Below, one piece after another: positions 1 through 14,352 of a stretch of 64,000 bases of DNA. The position numbers were made by a program, and so were the translations under genes. Origin of the DNA: an uncultured virus (IMG/VR IMGVR_UViG_3300045125_000130) (taxonomy: Duplodnaviria > Heunggongvirae > Uroviricota > Caudoviricetes). The first letter of the stretch is position 1; every line of letters begins with the position of its first letter. The notes beneath the pieces are model-generated. The model was not told the origin of the DNA. It saw only the letters and a list, made by a program, of their open reading frames with translations, and ran no database searches. The stretch lies in IMG/VR virus record IMGVR_UViG_3300045125_000130; one strand, 5' to 3'.

Positions 1-1063
1 GTTGTGATTCCTCGGGCAGGTTGTTTAACCGTTTTCCGCATTGTCGTGAAACGCTTTCGCGTTTTTCGTGCGCCTTTCAATAGGACGCCCATAGTAGTTC
101 AAGATCTGGCGTCTCACAGGGTTTTTAACAAATCCGCAGCCAGCTTCTCCTTAAACTTCTCAATCCAGTGTCATTGACAAGACTAAAGTCTCATCTTCCG
201 GCGCTACCAATATAGTTTGATAGAGGTTTTAATGGTATTTTCTTCTTTTTGACCATATAATGCCGAGAGGGTGCTTTAATATTGGCTTCTGGTTTTCTTG
301 GTATCTTTCCGAGAGATTTGGGTCAAGCATTTTGAGTAAAATGTCTTGTGGAGGCACATCAGAGAGGATTAGATACACACAATGGATCCTCGGCTCCAGG
401 AGGAGACTAATCATCAACCTTGCCCTTGTCCCCATGTACAGAGATAATCATATCCTGATATTCTTTTTAAGATGAGAATATTAGGACCGTCTGTAACTTT
501 AAGTCTACCGGTTTTAATTCAATTTCCGGGGCCTATTCTCTTCTTTTAACATGTATTCATCTGGCTTAAATGTCTCCTAATATTTCCATTTGAGAAGCAT
601 TTACTTCGCTACAATACCATTATAGAGTTCTTTATTTATTACGGCATTATCTATTTCTTCAAATATGATTATAGAGAACTCACGTCTATACACATCATTC
701 CAATATTCAATATTGGAATTCTGTTAGATTGACTCTCAAAGTTATTGTGAGCGACTGACAGGCTGGATATATAACGTTTAAAATCCTATTACTTTCCACC
801 AATCAATATACATCGATATGTTGGTTTGGAGCGTATTTGAGATCTTACTTACGTTTAAAGTTTTGTGGCGGTACATTGTGGCATATCCATGCCGTACAGG
901 CGACAAAACTCTTCCATTTCCCATTGACATTGCAGATTTATTTCATTTTCTGTTTTCTTGTATCTTGGGTTTTTGGATATGTGAATACCGGATCAACATT
1001 ACTGATGTGATAGTCGGAATAGTTGCCTCCGTATGCATCGGGAGATAAATAATACTTAAACAT
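1..1063 (-). CDS. Family A DNA polymerase-like protein (frameshifted; runs off the left edge)
   Basis: Stitched frames read MFKYYLSP..., KTGRLKVTDGPNILILKKEY (TGRL/PN motif), xxLEPRI (motif A region), LGIIxGQ (motif B region) and ILNYYGRPI, in PolA order. Confidence 0.65.
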
Positions 1064-1121
1064 GTTTTAAGCATAACATAATGTTTATTGCATATAATAT
1101 GTTTAGTTTTATCGGATAATA

Positions 1122-4100
1122 TCATGTCTGCGGTAATGCTGCTATGCGAGGCTCGGACGCCGCCCCATCACGAGGAGTTCTTCAAGTTCCAGAACTCAAG
1201 CCACTCTCGTCTATTAGCAGCTAGTTCTACCCGCCCTTCACCACCGGCCCGCCGGAGTGGCCCCCCCCCGCAGCATCATTTTCTTCACTCTCGATTTTTC
1301 ATCAATTCTATCGATTGCTTCTCTAATTTCACGTTCAAGAATATTCTATATCTAGTATAACCGGAGATTGGTCTAAATTTAATATTAGTGGTATATTTTC
1401 CTGGTTCAAATCACGCTTAGATGTTGATTGACATATACTATATCATCTGCGGTTGTACCTGTATTTAAATCAACAAAATATTGGGTACCAAATCCAGTCA
1501 ACGGACAACCATATATGTTGTCATAGACATTTCAACCGGTATAATCTGTAATGGTAAGTTTCCAGGTTCTTCGCCGTTAGGGGAAATAAGTTCTGCGGTT
1601 CTTGGAGAGTTAACAAGATTTAACGTGGCTGCGGCTTCATCTTGTAAGAGGCATTAAACTAACACCTTTGTTAAAGATTTTGCATTCCAGAGATTAGATG
1701 AGGCATATTATTCATAATAAAATCTTTAATTGCTCTAGAACCCCACAGATCCACAAATCTGTTAGTATTTGGGACTGGTTTTATAATACCAGCCGAGCTA
1801 GCAGCTTCTATTAATCTTTGTCGATAACTATTCCATTGCTCTGACAATGGAGTAGTTGCATCAGTTCCAGCCTGCCTAGCTTAAAGATAAAGCTCTATTT
1901 CTTTCTGTAACAGTATTTCACCGGTACCAGCAATACCTGATGCTTGTTGATCATATAGTGTATTTTTAAAATATTTTTATTAGTATCTGGGTTATCTTTT
2001 ATTGGAAGACATTCTGTAAATAATCTAAGTTGTGGAGGTCTAAATTCTCAGTTGGAGTAACGCCGTTAGCAAGCAATGTTGCAATTCTTCCATTTAAAGT
2101 TGTTTCATCATAAGCTGGCTCTGTTAGATATCTGGTAGTTGCATCCGGATTATCTCCCGCCATTCAGTTCTTCTTGAGCTGGCATCGGTCTATAAAAAAC
2201 TACCATTATTATCCCAAAGACCATAAGAAGTTGCAGCCGGATTATCGATGAAGTTTGTATTTATAAAACTCCAGAATTCGCCAATGTCATAGTTGCTGAT
2301 CTAGAAGTATTAGCTAATCGATATTCAATCAATAATTCTGTAAGCATTCTAAATTAATTTCGAAAATTTCCAATATTCATTTTTGATGCATACGCTGCAT
2401 TTTCATTAAAGGGATAAAATATCAATTGGATCTCTTCATATGTGCCAGTTTGAAGAAGAGGCTGGGCTACAAAAATTAGCCATTAATGTAGCCAAACTAA
2501 CGCTGTATTGATGTAAACCATTTCCAAAAAGCTCCCCGGTTCTTAAGTACTCTGGCAAAGCATTATCTCTCTGCACCTTCACTAACTCTTGGTATTTCTA
2601 ATCCCCTCCTCCACCCTAATAATCCACGTAATCCTTCCGGTCTATTATTTGGATTTTCAGGTGGTACAACTAAAGGATCGATTGGCTCTGATTCTTCTGG
2701 CCATGCAACTACATCGCCCGTCGCCGGGCGCCCCAAACAATACTGTCTTAAATCATTTATTTGATTTTGTACGTCTCTTCTTATTTCTGTTTCAACTGCA
2801 CTAGCGGCACCGCCGGTACCATTGGAACCATTCCATATACTGTTTAGCGTGTCACGTACTTGAGTTAATATAGCTGATCGATCTACTCGAGTTCTGCTGC
2901 TCCGGCGGCACGACCAGTTCTAACCTCACCACTTAAAGATTCTATTAAGGTACTTAGATTTCTTTGTTCTTCTTCTGATAAGCTAAATCCTGTACGAAAT
3001 GCATCAGAGGCAGCATATAAAACTTCTGTTCCACGAATTTCAACAGAAGGGGCACCAGAGCTAGAACTACCTTCTTCAGATGTTAAATAGTTCTAGCTAA
3101 ATAATTGCCGAGCTTGTTTGTAAACTTTCTAATCTGGAAATTGCTCCTGCTAAATCTGAATTTGGATTTCTTATTATTAGCTCGCTAGCTAATTGTGATT
3201 GTCCTAACGTTACTAAATCTAGATTTATATCCACAAATTCATTTTCTCTAAATGAGAAAGCAGAATTTCTTATTTGAAATCTTTTCTATTCTTCTCATTC
3301 CATTGATTAGGTCTACGTATGGAGAAGCATTATTTCGTCTGGCTCTTATGAGTTCTTCGCCCTCTGGATGATGCCACCCATATTCAACTTTTACGTGTAG
3401 TTCCACGCAAATCTGCTCTAAAAAATGGAGCGAAATCTGGCATCCTTGAACGATCCATTAAAGCCATGTTTAGAGTTGCACTTCGATAACCATACATTGC
3501 AAAAGAAGGAACTTCGGCGGTGCTACGTTGTTTTATTGTTAATAATGGTCTTGTTGGGTCTAAAACGTTATTTGCCCTAATATCTGATGCATCGCCGCTA
3601 TATCTTCTGTTAAGAAGGGTTTGAGGAGTTAAAAACATTTCCATTCCTAAATTGTAATTAATTAGGATGAATTCTGTCAATTTGAAGAACTATTTGCGTT
3701 TTGCATTGACCACAATGGAGTATCCGGATTAGCTTGCACTCCTCCTAACATAGCTTTGTATATTGATGGAGATAATAGTCTGTTATTTTCATCTAATGCC
3801 GGTATTGGAGAATTGAAATCAACTTCGACATATGGAACAGCTTTAGAAATTTCAATTGCTGGCACTCCATTTAAAAATAATGAAACCGGTTTTGCGTACC
3901 GATTTGATATGTTTAAATTTGGACTAGTAATCAAAACAACGTACATTTTTTTATCGACGAGCGCCGCACGTTCTTCTGAACTGAGTTTAACAATTGGAAC
4001 GCAATTATTGCTGTTATCAAATATAGAAACGTTTTTAATATTATTTTTATAACTTCTAACTAAACCAATTTGATTATCTTGTGTTGGGTAATGCTTCTGA

Positions 4101-4489
4101 AATTACAACTTGAGGAGTATCACCTATTACTTGCACAATATCTCTAATTGGAAATTGCATTATGTATCTAAATCAGCTAAATCCCCATTAAATATATTAT
4201 TTAAAGTGGTTGCCAGAGTTTCAATAGGAACGGCTCCACTGGAGAATTAAATAACTTGCTAAATATTTCTGTTATTGTTTCTTGGGTTTGATCAGTCACT
4301 ACAATAGTTCCAGGATCTGCCGGTGCGGATTTCCAGCAGTACCTCTAGGCACTACTCTATTCAAGCTATTTATTACTCGATCAACAACAGCAGATATATC
4401 TTGCGTTGATGTTCTAATGGCATAATATTTTGCCAATTATCAACAGCATCAAATAAACGTTGTTCTCTTTCTCTAGATGAAATAGTCAT
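1122..4489 (-). CDS. Large baseplate hub-like structural protein (frameshifted, ~1100 aa)
   Basis: Starts MTISSREREQRLFDAV and includes ORF fragments 3677-3946 and 3384-3680. The C-terminus reads GCPxxGFGTQYFVDLNTGTTAD..VYVxxI..FEPGKYTTNIKF, the beta-rich ending typical of hub proteins. Lies directly downstream of the LysM/wedge gene. The 3' end is uncertain. Confidence 0.5.
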
Positions 4490-4490
4490 A

Positions 4491-4784
4491 TTATCCTACA
4501 TACTTTACAACGTCTTCCAAATATGGATTAGTAATCTTGTATTCGAAGGTACTTGTAATGCCCATCCAATATTACTACATGAAGCAATAAGCCACCACAA
4601 AGTAGAATCATTATATCGATCTCCAGCAATAATATCCAATCTTTCATTTTCTTTTGTAACATATAAATCTGATCTTATGTTACCGTTATTTAATCCATTT
4701 CTTAACGTTAAGATGGTTTCAGATGTACCATAACGTCTATTAAATCCATAAACACTAGTTCTAGAATATCTTCTTCATTGTCAT
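4491..4784 (-). CDS. LysM-like baseplate wedge protein (gp53-like)
   Basis: RRYSRT...YVTKENERLDIIAGDRYNDSTLWWLIASCSNIGWALQVP, a typical phage LysM/gp53 signature. Confidence 0.8.
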
Positions 4785-4798
4785 ATCATGTGTCCTTA

Positions 4799-7700
4799 TT
4801 ATTCATTAGATTCGCCTGTAATTGGACCGGTGCCGTCTGGAGCAATAGGATTAATATCGGTTGTTATATTTGCATATCTTCCAACTGGATATACAGGAGC
4901 GGTCATGAAACCATCTGAGTCGATGCCAGGAACAATATCGTGTATTGGTAAGAATAGAAAGTTGTATTTTACATGCCATTGGCGCTCTTGAAGAATTTCT
5001 TTGAGAGCGATGATATTCAGTTTCCCATGTTGATTCTTTCCAATCAAAATCTAATCTAGTTATAAATCCAGCAATACCTTTACCTTTATTATTTTCAAAA
5101 GATTGCATTATTGGATTGGCACCCGCACCTTCTGAAGAAAAGAAGTCTCGTATTTGTGTTTTTATATCTTCTATAGATGTTGTTGGTGTATTTGGCTGAT
5201 ATCCTGTAATGCTTTTTTAACACATTCATAATCGATAGACATTTTTAATGACAAAGAACTATAAGCAACGGAACGTTGCCATAAGTCTTCAGTTGGAGTA
5301 TTTTGAAATGCCGAAAATTATCTGTGGAAATGATTCAGCTAAATCTAATGTCAATCCACTTTCTAAAATATTTAAATTTGCATATCTTAATACATAATTT
5401 CCGTGCCCTCCCCGCCGCTCGGATTAACCAACTTCGATCAAATTATATTGTTTTAAAATCCCTAATTGGGTCGAGGTTGTTACTACTTTAAAAGCATATA
5501 GTCCAGGTGATAAATTTGGTTTTCCTAATTCACGAGGCGCCGCAAGTATCGGTCCTCGTCCAAATACCTGATTATCTATGCCTTCATGATAAGAAAATTA
5601 ATATATGATCGCCAATCTCAAAATTGGCAGATAACATCCTTGTTAATTTTGTTTCATAAAAATCGACTTGGCTTATACTTGTTTCATTTAACTGATTAAA
5701 AGTATTTTCATCTAGATTAAATTCATCTTTGCCAAGTCCAAACAATCTCATGACGTTAAATTTACTATAGTTGCTTTTCCAAACGTCTCCAACTCTCATA
5801 CGAATTAAAGGAGAGGATCCTATTAACTGAGAATATGGTTGAATAAATTTTTGTTTTACTGATGGAGTACCACTAGTTTGTACTGATAGTGGACGACCTT
5901 TAGTATATTGTGGATATACAAATGTCAGAAGTTTATTGATTTTTAAGCCACATTGCGTCATGGTCAGATGGATTTGTTGCAATAACCCAAAAATCTATAG
6001 CCATTGTGCGGCTTGTACTTTTATATATATGAGTTGGTTCAACTCTTCCAAATCCGGTTTCGCTTTCATAATCTGCTTGAAATTGATCTTGCATATTTTC
6101 TATGAAAGCGTGAAATGATAATATTTCTCCAGTTCTCATATCTTGAAAAGAAAATGGCATATAACTGGATTCTAGTTGTTCTTCAAATTGCTAATTTGTT
6201 GTGGACTAATTTCATTTAGCGCATTTAAAGACAAATAATCGTTTAGTTTATTTAAACCTTCTTGTCCGTTAACGGCATATGCAGCTTTTTTATTGAATTA
6301 GGCAACAAATACAACGAAGGAGTTATATCAGTACCTACGCTAATGGTCCTGCTCAATCAGTACCTTGCACATTTGATTTCAATCTGGATTTTACAATCAA
6401 AGATTTTAAGTCGATCTCGAGTAAAAGTATTTGTATTCAAATTCATTAGAAACGGTACCATCGTTAAAATTATCGATAAAAGATGTCTGACTTACAGTTA
6501 AAGGATATCTTTTATTATTGGCAGAAGAAAGACCTTTTTTGCCGGTTTAATTAATACCGGATTGTCTACACGGTTTGTTGTTGGAATAACTTGATTTTCT
6601 CCAACTTCTGCTAACATGTTAACGAATCCAACTATTTTAGAGTTAAAAAACAATTCAATTATTTTTGCTGCTGCACCAACGATATTACCATCAATACCAT
6701 CGCTATATATATCAACACCGGTACGATTTAGAGACCCAGTATCGGCATTGAAGTTACCAGTAGCAGCTCCTACAAATACTCCTCGAGATATTTCTTGAAA
6801 TAAATTTTTAATAAAGCTACGAACAACGGTACCATACCAACCGGTTTCATTTAACATTCGATCACTAACAATTGCCGTTGCAACTGCTGTTACAAAACTG
6901 AGGGATCTGTAACGTCCCTGGGCGAACTTAAACCAAAGAAAGAAGATGAAATCCAGCTCTAACAGATCTGAATACGTATCCTTACCGGTTATTCTTTGCA
7001 ATGATTCTGCAACTGCTACAACTATAAGAGATATGCACCCACCATTATAGCTAACCCTGGCATCTGGGATAATCTTCAATACTATCAAATGGAACAATCC
7101 AGTTATTGTAGCTACCATATGAGTTAATTGGCTCTACGAAGCTAAATCTGGAAAGTTTGATGTTTTGTTAAGTTTTTTATCTTGTTTTAAAACGCCGTTG
7201 AAATCATTATCTAAAACTACATTAGGCGTCATTTCTTGAACAGGAACACGTAAGCCTATTCGTGCAGCACCAGGAACCAATGCTGCGGCACGTGCAGCCA
7301 ATATTTGTCCGGGTGTCTCATCTGTTTTGATTTGGTCCAAACTTAGGAACGTATAGTTCTCGGATCCCTTTAAGAGGCAGTCGAAGACCCATGTGTAAAA
7401 AATCTTGCTGTAACAACGTTGTTTCACCAGCAAAACCATCATTTCCTACACACGTTGTTCAATAGCGTGGTAAAGTTTTTTTGTAGGATCCTAGTGTAGA
7501 TTGTGCTTAACTCGATTTACATTAGATCCAACTTCTTGCTGTCCCGATGCTACATATAAATTTGTATTACCATCTGTTTCCGGATAGTTCGATTATTGCT
7601 TATAAGCGACTGTCCTATTTTTGAGGGTGATCGATCAATGAGTTTCATAGTCAATGTCATTTGGACCCGGGTTTGTTTTTCCCTTTATTACTCTTATTCC

Positions 7701-8133
7701 TTGATCAGTTCGATTGTTTGATTTGGAATAAAGAGATGTATTGTTATTATATACCTGGCTCAGACAAAGAATAGAAATAAGTTCGTGCGGTTGGATCTAA
7801 ACCGGTCTAGAACCCAGAAACGTTTTATTTGTATCGCCACCTGGCGCATCATCCGATATGGTTGCGGAATTCCTTCTGGTGTAGTTAATGAAACATTATT
7901 ACTGTTAATATTCGGATCAATCTGATATTTTGATTTGCCATCTTTAATAGTTGCTACTGCATATGATTTTACAACTTTAAGAGTATGTTCGTTGAAATCT
8001 TCTCCATCTACAAATGATATTGTTTTATTGTGCCAAGAGGCTTTAAAACAATTGTTACTCTATCATTAGGAACGGGAGGGTCTGTAATCTCTGATAAAAC
8101 TTCTAAAGTTTCTTTTGGTAAAGAATTTGCCAT
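4799..8133 (-). CDS. Baseplate/tail-tube initiator-like protein with long N-terminal extension (frameshifted, ~1100 aa)
   Basis: Starts MANSLPKETLEV. The C-terminal half has PFSFQDMRTGEILSFHAFIENMQD...GFGRVEPTHIYKSTSRT..F...WLKINKLLTFVYPQY...SPLIRMRVGD...GIAGFITRLDFDW...PMACKI, a tube-like baseplate domain. Confidence 0.65.
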
Positions 8134-8144
8134 GTAGATAACTA

Positions 8145-8356
8145 CTAACCATCTTTAATTTCTATAACATCATTTTTTTCAATTGTAGTTGATATAACAT
8201 TAATTGCTTCTTGAACAGGTTTTAATAATTTGTTTTCAGTTTCATCCATCAGATTTTTGATGCGTTCAATTAGCAATGGTTTTTGATCGTCTGGAAACTG
8301 ATCAAATATTTTACGATTTATTGTTCATTTTTCATCAATTCATCAAACATTGACAT
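8145..8356 (-). CDS. Small hypothetical protein downstream of tape measure
   Basis: MSMFDELMKNEQ..., preceded by an AAGGA SD; one frameshift. Confidence 0.5.
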
Positions 8357-8369
8357 ATGTATTTCCTTA

Positions 8370-11300
8370 TTTCATGGAGTAATCGACATATTAGTTGGAG
8401 TGTAAATGAAGTACTTGTAAATCTTCATCGGTAACGTCCTCTTCGACAGCTCGCTGGTAAAATACTTCTTCAAATGTACCGGCGTCGATTACTACACGCA
8501 TGTTTATTGTTAAATTGACATTCTACATTAGTAATTGTGTATGCACCAACACCTGATAAACCAAGATTATTACTAAGTGCTTCTAAGGTTGTTGACAAAT
8601 TAATTGCATCTAAACTGCTAACTGCATCAACAGTTTGACTTATAGTGTCTACCAAGTCTAAAACTCTGGTTTTCAGTTCATCAGTAACGTTATTACCGAT
8701 TGGTAACAATTACTTGCAATGTTTCCTAAATATTCTGTTGCTTGAACTATTTTGGAGCAAACTGTGAGTTAAATCTACCTAGGTTTGTCAAAATTTGTGC
8801 GCCTTCGCTACCACCAACTAATGATCCTAATGCAGTTCCAATCCCACTTAAAAGGCTAGTTAATGTACCGCTAGTCATAGATCCGCGCCTATGAAATGTA
8901 TCTAAATCACCCATTACAGGTTCTAATGCAGTACGTGACGTGTTAAGACTTTCTAATGATGAAGTTATGTCTGCCAAGTTTTCATGCAGTTTTTGTTTTC
9001 GTAAGATTTGGTATATTACTTACATCGATTGTTCTTAAACCTTCAATTGCTGTTCCGAATTATACTAAAGATATTTGGTGTACCGGTCAAATAACCTGAT
9101 TTAATTGGAATGGCCGCCGCCCGTAGACATAGTTGGAACTTGTTCACCTCCAGTATCAAATCTACGCAATGCAATTGCAAAGTCGATAAAAGATGTTAAC
9201 ATTCCTATTATATTGTTTAATGCATCTGTACGACGACCCAACGTTGAAACTGAGACACCTTCAAATGCTGCATTAATGTTGCTAACTAAATCTGGAAGAA
9301 TCTCTTGTAACTGTTCAAAAACACTTCCGATATTAGTCATGAAATCAGTTAAGGCAGTTGTGGATGATACATCGGGTGCATCTTCAGCTTGTTCAGTCAA
9401 TGGTGCTAATACTCCACCAATTGTTCTCATTAATTCCGCCAATCCACTTAATAGAGATGTTATTAATCCGGCTGCCGCCTGCAATACAGCAGCTTGATCC
9501 GCTTTTATATTCAATCCTATAATATCTGTTATCATAGTTTTGATATGTGTCATCATTCCTGTATCCGGATCAAATATTAACGTTGCCATATCTGAGACAA
9601 AGTTTTTGATCCGAGTAATTCTTTCGGACGCATTTTCTGCACCAGCAGCTTCTAGAAGTCCTGGACTTAATATTGTTTGCATAATGCCATTTGTAGCTTC
9701 AAGGATGGCTTCTGCCATGTCTCCAATCGCTTCGCCAATTACACGTATTTCTTCTGGAGGTCTACCAAAAAACACATCAGATGCTTCTAATACTGTACTA
9801 ATAAACTCTCCTAAAGTTGTGAATATATTTTCTAATCCATTAAGGTCAATGCTACTAGTGACTGTTTGCGCTTCTTCAACACCATCTGTTATGTTATTTG
9901 TTGTCTCGGTCTTAAATGCATCTTTTAATGAAGTACCAATGGTAGCTAATATGGTTGCGGTACCTTCCAACAATGGACGTAGAGAACCAATTGCTGTTAT
10001 ATTAGCCGGATCGATATTCTGAGCCGAATTCCATGAACACCTGTCAATAAATCTCCAATTCCAGTTAAAACAGCTTCTAGAACAGATTGTATACCAGGCA
10101 AATTAAAAAGTTGTTGTGCTAGCCGTTGAACTTGAAGAAGATGAAATTAATCCTCCGGAAGCTTCTGATGTGTTTTGCGTTGTGTCAGCAAGACCTTTTA
10201 TTGCGTCCATCATTGGAATAAGAGCATCTTTGAAAACATTCACAATTGTCGATATTGTATCTAGTCTGTTTTTTAAATCTTCTGGAGACAAATTACCAAC
10301 TACACTAGTGGCATTAATTAAACGTGGGATTTCTGTCGCAAAAACATCTGATATTGCAGATATCATGTTTGTAAGTTGTGTAATTGGACTATTTTCCGGT
10401 GCTTCTCCGGTTAAAAGCCGGTTCGTTTGTGCCTCCAAAAATCATTCCAAAAAAACCTTCTTCTGCAACTGCGTCTGCTAGTACAACAGCATCCTGCGCT
10501 GCTTGACCGGCGACTATTGATCCCATTCCAGAGATTAAACTACCAACTGCTGTCATTATGGAAACAATTGCGCTAAGTGCTTGCCCAAATCCAGCAACAT
10601 CAGTTGACATATCCATAATTCTATCAACTTGCATCTAATATAGCATTCATTGGACCATCAGCAGCAGCAAAATCTCCAATTGCTTTAGATAAATTAATTG
10701 AAAACTTCCCTGTAAGAACAGTAATAAATCCAGCAAAAGCAGCAGAACCTAATAAAGCTACTACTGATCCTAGCCCATCTACGCTAATGTCTGATAGAGC
10801 ATATATTAATCCACCAACTAATGCCGGCAGCGATCATCGCTCCTGATGCCATAGCTACGCTAGATGCTGTTAAACCTTCATCTTGCATTTTTTTAGCAAA
10901 AGTAAATAAATAATCAAACACTTGACCTAAACCTACAACACCAGCCCCGATTGAGACGACGTTTGCAGCTAGCGTTTCCTATATGTTTGCAGTACCTGCT
11001 ACTTCTTCAGCAGCGCCCGCAGCTTCTACCAATCCTCCGGCACCTCCAGCCGCAGCGGCACCGACAGCCCCAGCTCCTCCTCCTCCTTCCTAGACCACCA
11101 GGAATAGCTTCTGCAATCGCTCCTGTAAATAAACTACCAAGACCGGCAGAAAGGGCGCCCATTAAAGGACCGGCACCAAACCAAGCACCAAGACCTAAAA
11201 CAACTGTTCCCCAACTCTCTTGTAACCAGGACCAATACGTGACATAATGCTGGTTCCAAGTTCAACAAACGCATTCCAAATATCTTCACCGTAGTGATCC

Positions 11301-13326
11301 CAGAAGGCGGTTAAGAATGTTCCTGACTCAGTCAACCAATCTCAACAAATGTTCCGCTTATATCATTCCACAGTCCTGAAAATCGATCTCACTCCTCCGG
11401 CTCGACCATTAATCAAATCATTTAAATATCTAATTCCATCTCTAAGTGCTTTTAACAATTCTGGGACAATTACTCGTACAGCAGCTACTAAGGTTCGCAA
11501 AATAGTGCCAAAGAATTTTTTTAAATCCTTCTATTAATCTACTTCCTCCTGATTTTGAGGCATCAAAATTGTTAAAGAAGATATCTTGTAATCGTTTAAA
11601 TAAAGTTCTTAACCAGCTTCGGATTTGTTTCCACTTGTTTGAAAGAAACTTTTGAAAGCATCAACAATGCCCCTAAACATGTTTCTCCATCTACTTGGAT
11701 TAAATAAATCTCCAAATCCTCCTAGGATACTTGTATCTTGGGAACATATCAACGAAAACTCTTCCTAGTTCTCGTCCATATCTATCGACTACTTTGGAAT
11801 ATTTGGGCTACTTTGGAAAATTTGTCCTCATTTCCCTACTATTCAGACATTCCTTCAGTAAAGCCTTTAAAGAAGTTGGCGAATATGCCATCTCTCATTT
11901 GACTTCCTGGTTGCACCAACGTTCAATGGCATCTGCCAATTTATGCATTACATCAACTTGTGTAAGTTGTTTCTTTCTGCTTCGGCAGATTTTTTCTTGA
12001 TTTGGTCTAGGGATAATCCACGATTTTTTTCATTGAACAAAAGTTCTGCTTCGGCTTCACTTATATTAAGCTGATTTGCAAGATAGCTCTTGGAACGTCT
12101 ACCAAGATTTGCATATGATACACCTGCGGCATTCAAACTATCTCGTAACATATCAGCACGTCGAGCCGGATCTTCTTCCCTTAACATATCCAACGTTTCT
12201 AGCTGAATACCAAACTGTTGATTTAATCTGCAGCAGCATCAGCCGCATTATCAAAGTTATCAAATGTATCCATGATACCGGCAAGTGTTTTAACTTCAGT
12301 GCCAAGTTTTGTGGCGTATACAGTTGTTTCAGCAAGAGTTTTCTTTGATAGTCCACCGAAACGTTTCATATCGTTTTCCATCTCTTGCATACCTCGACTT
12401 ATAACCATCGAAGATATACCAAAAGATTCGCCTAATTGAATTGCATAATCTTGCTTGCTCTTGTAAAACGTCATCAATTGTTCTGCCACTAGTTGTAGCA
12501 ACTCTTGCAGCAGTTTTCATCGATTCATCACTTAAATCAAGAGCTTTTTTAAATGCTATAACGTTTCCGGCATTTTCAATTAATCCTTGATTAAAAACCA
12601 TATTCAATTGACTACCAAATGATTTTGATAATTCAAGCATTGACCTTTAATTGTTCTGCTGGCAGTCCCAATATTCTTCTAGTTCGAAGTCCGGTATCTC
12701 CTGATCTCTCTACCAAGACTTTTAAACATACCAATTACGGCTGCGCCCTCATTTGTTGACAAGCTGCCGAATGTTTTTCTTACTTCCTCTATGTTTTCTT
12801 AATTCGTTGCTACTAGGTCCATGTGCAGCAACTAAACTAAAAGTGTTTCGAAAGGCGCTAAAACACCAGCAAATATAGCTTTACCTAAATCCATTATTCC
12901 GGAACCTACGGTTTCAATCGATATTTCGGCACTTATAAATCCTTCTATAGCGGTATCCAAACCTTTTTGCATACTCAAGTATTGCGCCTGCCTGCGCCTA
13001 AACGTTGAAGATTATCTCCTGCACTAACTAATGCGCCGCTCAATCGATTAACGGAAGCTGTGTGAACCATGCTGCACAGATGTAAACTGCTCCCATTGTT
13101 CTGCTAGATCTGCTACCAAGACTTTTCATTGCAGCCTCGGCTGCTTCAATTCTCGTGTGCTTCAGAAAATGCATCGGTTACTCGAGTGTCACTCATTCTA
13201 CCCATGACTTCTGCTTGGGCTTCCATAACAGCTAATTGACCACGTAAGCGTGCTTGTACTTGAAGCTGCTGATCCTGAGATTGAATTCATGTTTCGTAAT
13301 GCTGTAGCTATTTCTAATTCATCCAT
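8370..13326 (-). CDS. Tape measure protein (frameshifted, ~1650 aa)
   Basis: Long Ala/Gly/Ile-rich helical fragments (ORFs 9101-9973, 10103-10438, 11948-12193, 12223-12640) in one orientation, starting MDELEIATALRNMN. Located between tail chaperone and baseplate genes. Confidence 0.8.
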
Positions 13327-13403
13327 ACAAGTTACGTTTTCTAGTTTTTTTGTTAGGTTTCCAATAATTAGAAACAAGATTAAAATTTATATTAAGGTTT
13401 TAT

Positions 13404-13775
13404 ATGAACGATAACAAAGATTTAAAATTAGGCACGCTAAAAGAATATAGACTAAGTTGGGCAGGAAAACTATTTTTTGCCGGAGTTGCCGCCAAATTAC
13501 TTGGTAAAGTATTCAAAGAAAGAGTGGCGGTTTGAGTGAACAAGATTTAAATCCAGAAATTAATTCCTTCTGAAGATCCTAGTTCATTATTTCCATTTAA
13601 AACTTCAAGGCACGCCGAACAGCTTCAAGCAGCAGTTGAAGTAATAAAAGCATCACAAGATTTTAAGAAGAAGTTAATCGTGACGGCGCCACCGTCGAAT
13701 CTGTTATGCAAAACTTAATATCCAAAATCTGCAAAAAAGCCTTGAAGAAAAACTGGTAAACCCTAGCCACTCTGA
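13404..13775 (+). CDS. Hypothetical protein (frameshifted)
   Basis: MNDNKDLKLGTLKEYRLSWAGKLFFAGVAAKLLG...; divergent from the tape measure gene. Confidence 0.5.
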
Positions 13776-13786
13776 TTGAGAAATAA

Positions 13787-14352
13787 ATGAGTAAATTATC
13801 CACATTGATAAAATATCTTCTTTCCGAATCTGTAGAAGAAACAGAAATTGATGCATCTCCAGAACTTGAAGATGATATTAAACATTTACAACATTTCCGA
13901 ACTTCAGAATGGTCTACCGATGAAGAAGATGTAGAGTGTTTAGAAAAACTTGAAGCAGCAGAAACAACTGAAGAATTTGAAGAAGCTCTCTAAGTCATGA
14001 GTATTTGGCTCATGATTTTGGTGATAGACTACATCAAGTTGCTGAACTTATGAGTGTTGCAAAAATGCTAAACAATGATCCACTTAAATCCAAGGAAGGC
14101 GTAGAAGAAGAAAAAGGTTATAGTGGTCCAAAGAAATATAAGAAAGTAGTTGGATCTGTAAAAAGAAGAGAACAGTTAGATACGGTGCCAAAGGTTATTC
14201 TATAGCACCAGGAACATCAAAGGGAAACAGCTATTGTGCCCGTTCTTATGGGCAAATGAAAGATCATCCCTTCTGCTGCTAAAGATCCTAACAGCCCGCT
14301 TCGTCTCTTCCAGAAAGAAATGGCGTTGCTCCGGCAAATACTCAAAACATGA
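13787..14352 (+). CDS. Phage protein with acidic N-terminus and basic DUF6321-like C-terminal domain (frameshifted)
   Basis: The C-terminus stitches to TVRYGAKGYSIAPGTSKGNSYCARSYGQMKDHPSAAKDPNSPLRLSRKKWRC, a recognisable small basic phage domain. Confidence 0.55.

Noticed and set aside
9105..10481. Plus-strand ORFs of 120-160 aa (also 20775-21185 and 61409-61762)
   Set aside because: Antisense shadows of the tape measure, sheath and LysRS genes.
10990..11110. Low-complexity GC-rich triplet repeats (also 36160-36290 and 1240-1270)
   Set aside because: They encode Gly/Ala or Pro/Ala linkers inside the tape measure, scaffold and hub genes; not CRISPR or a repeat element.
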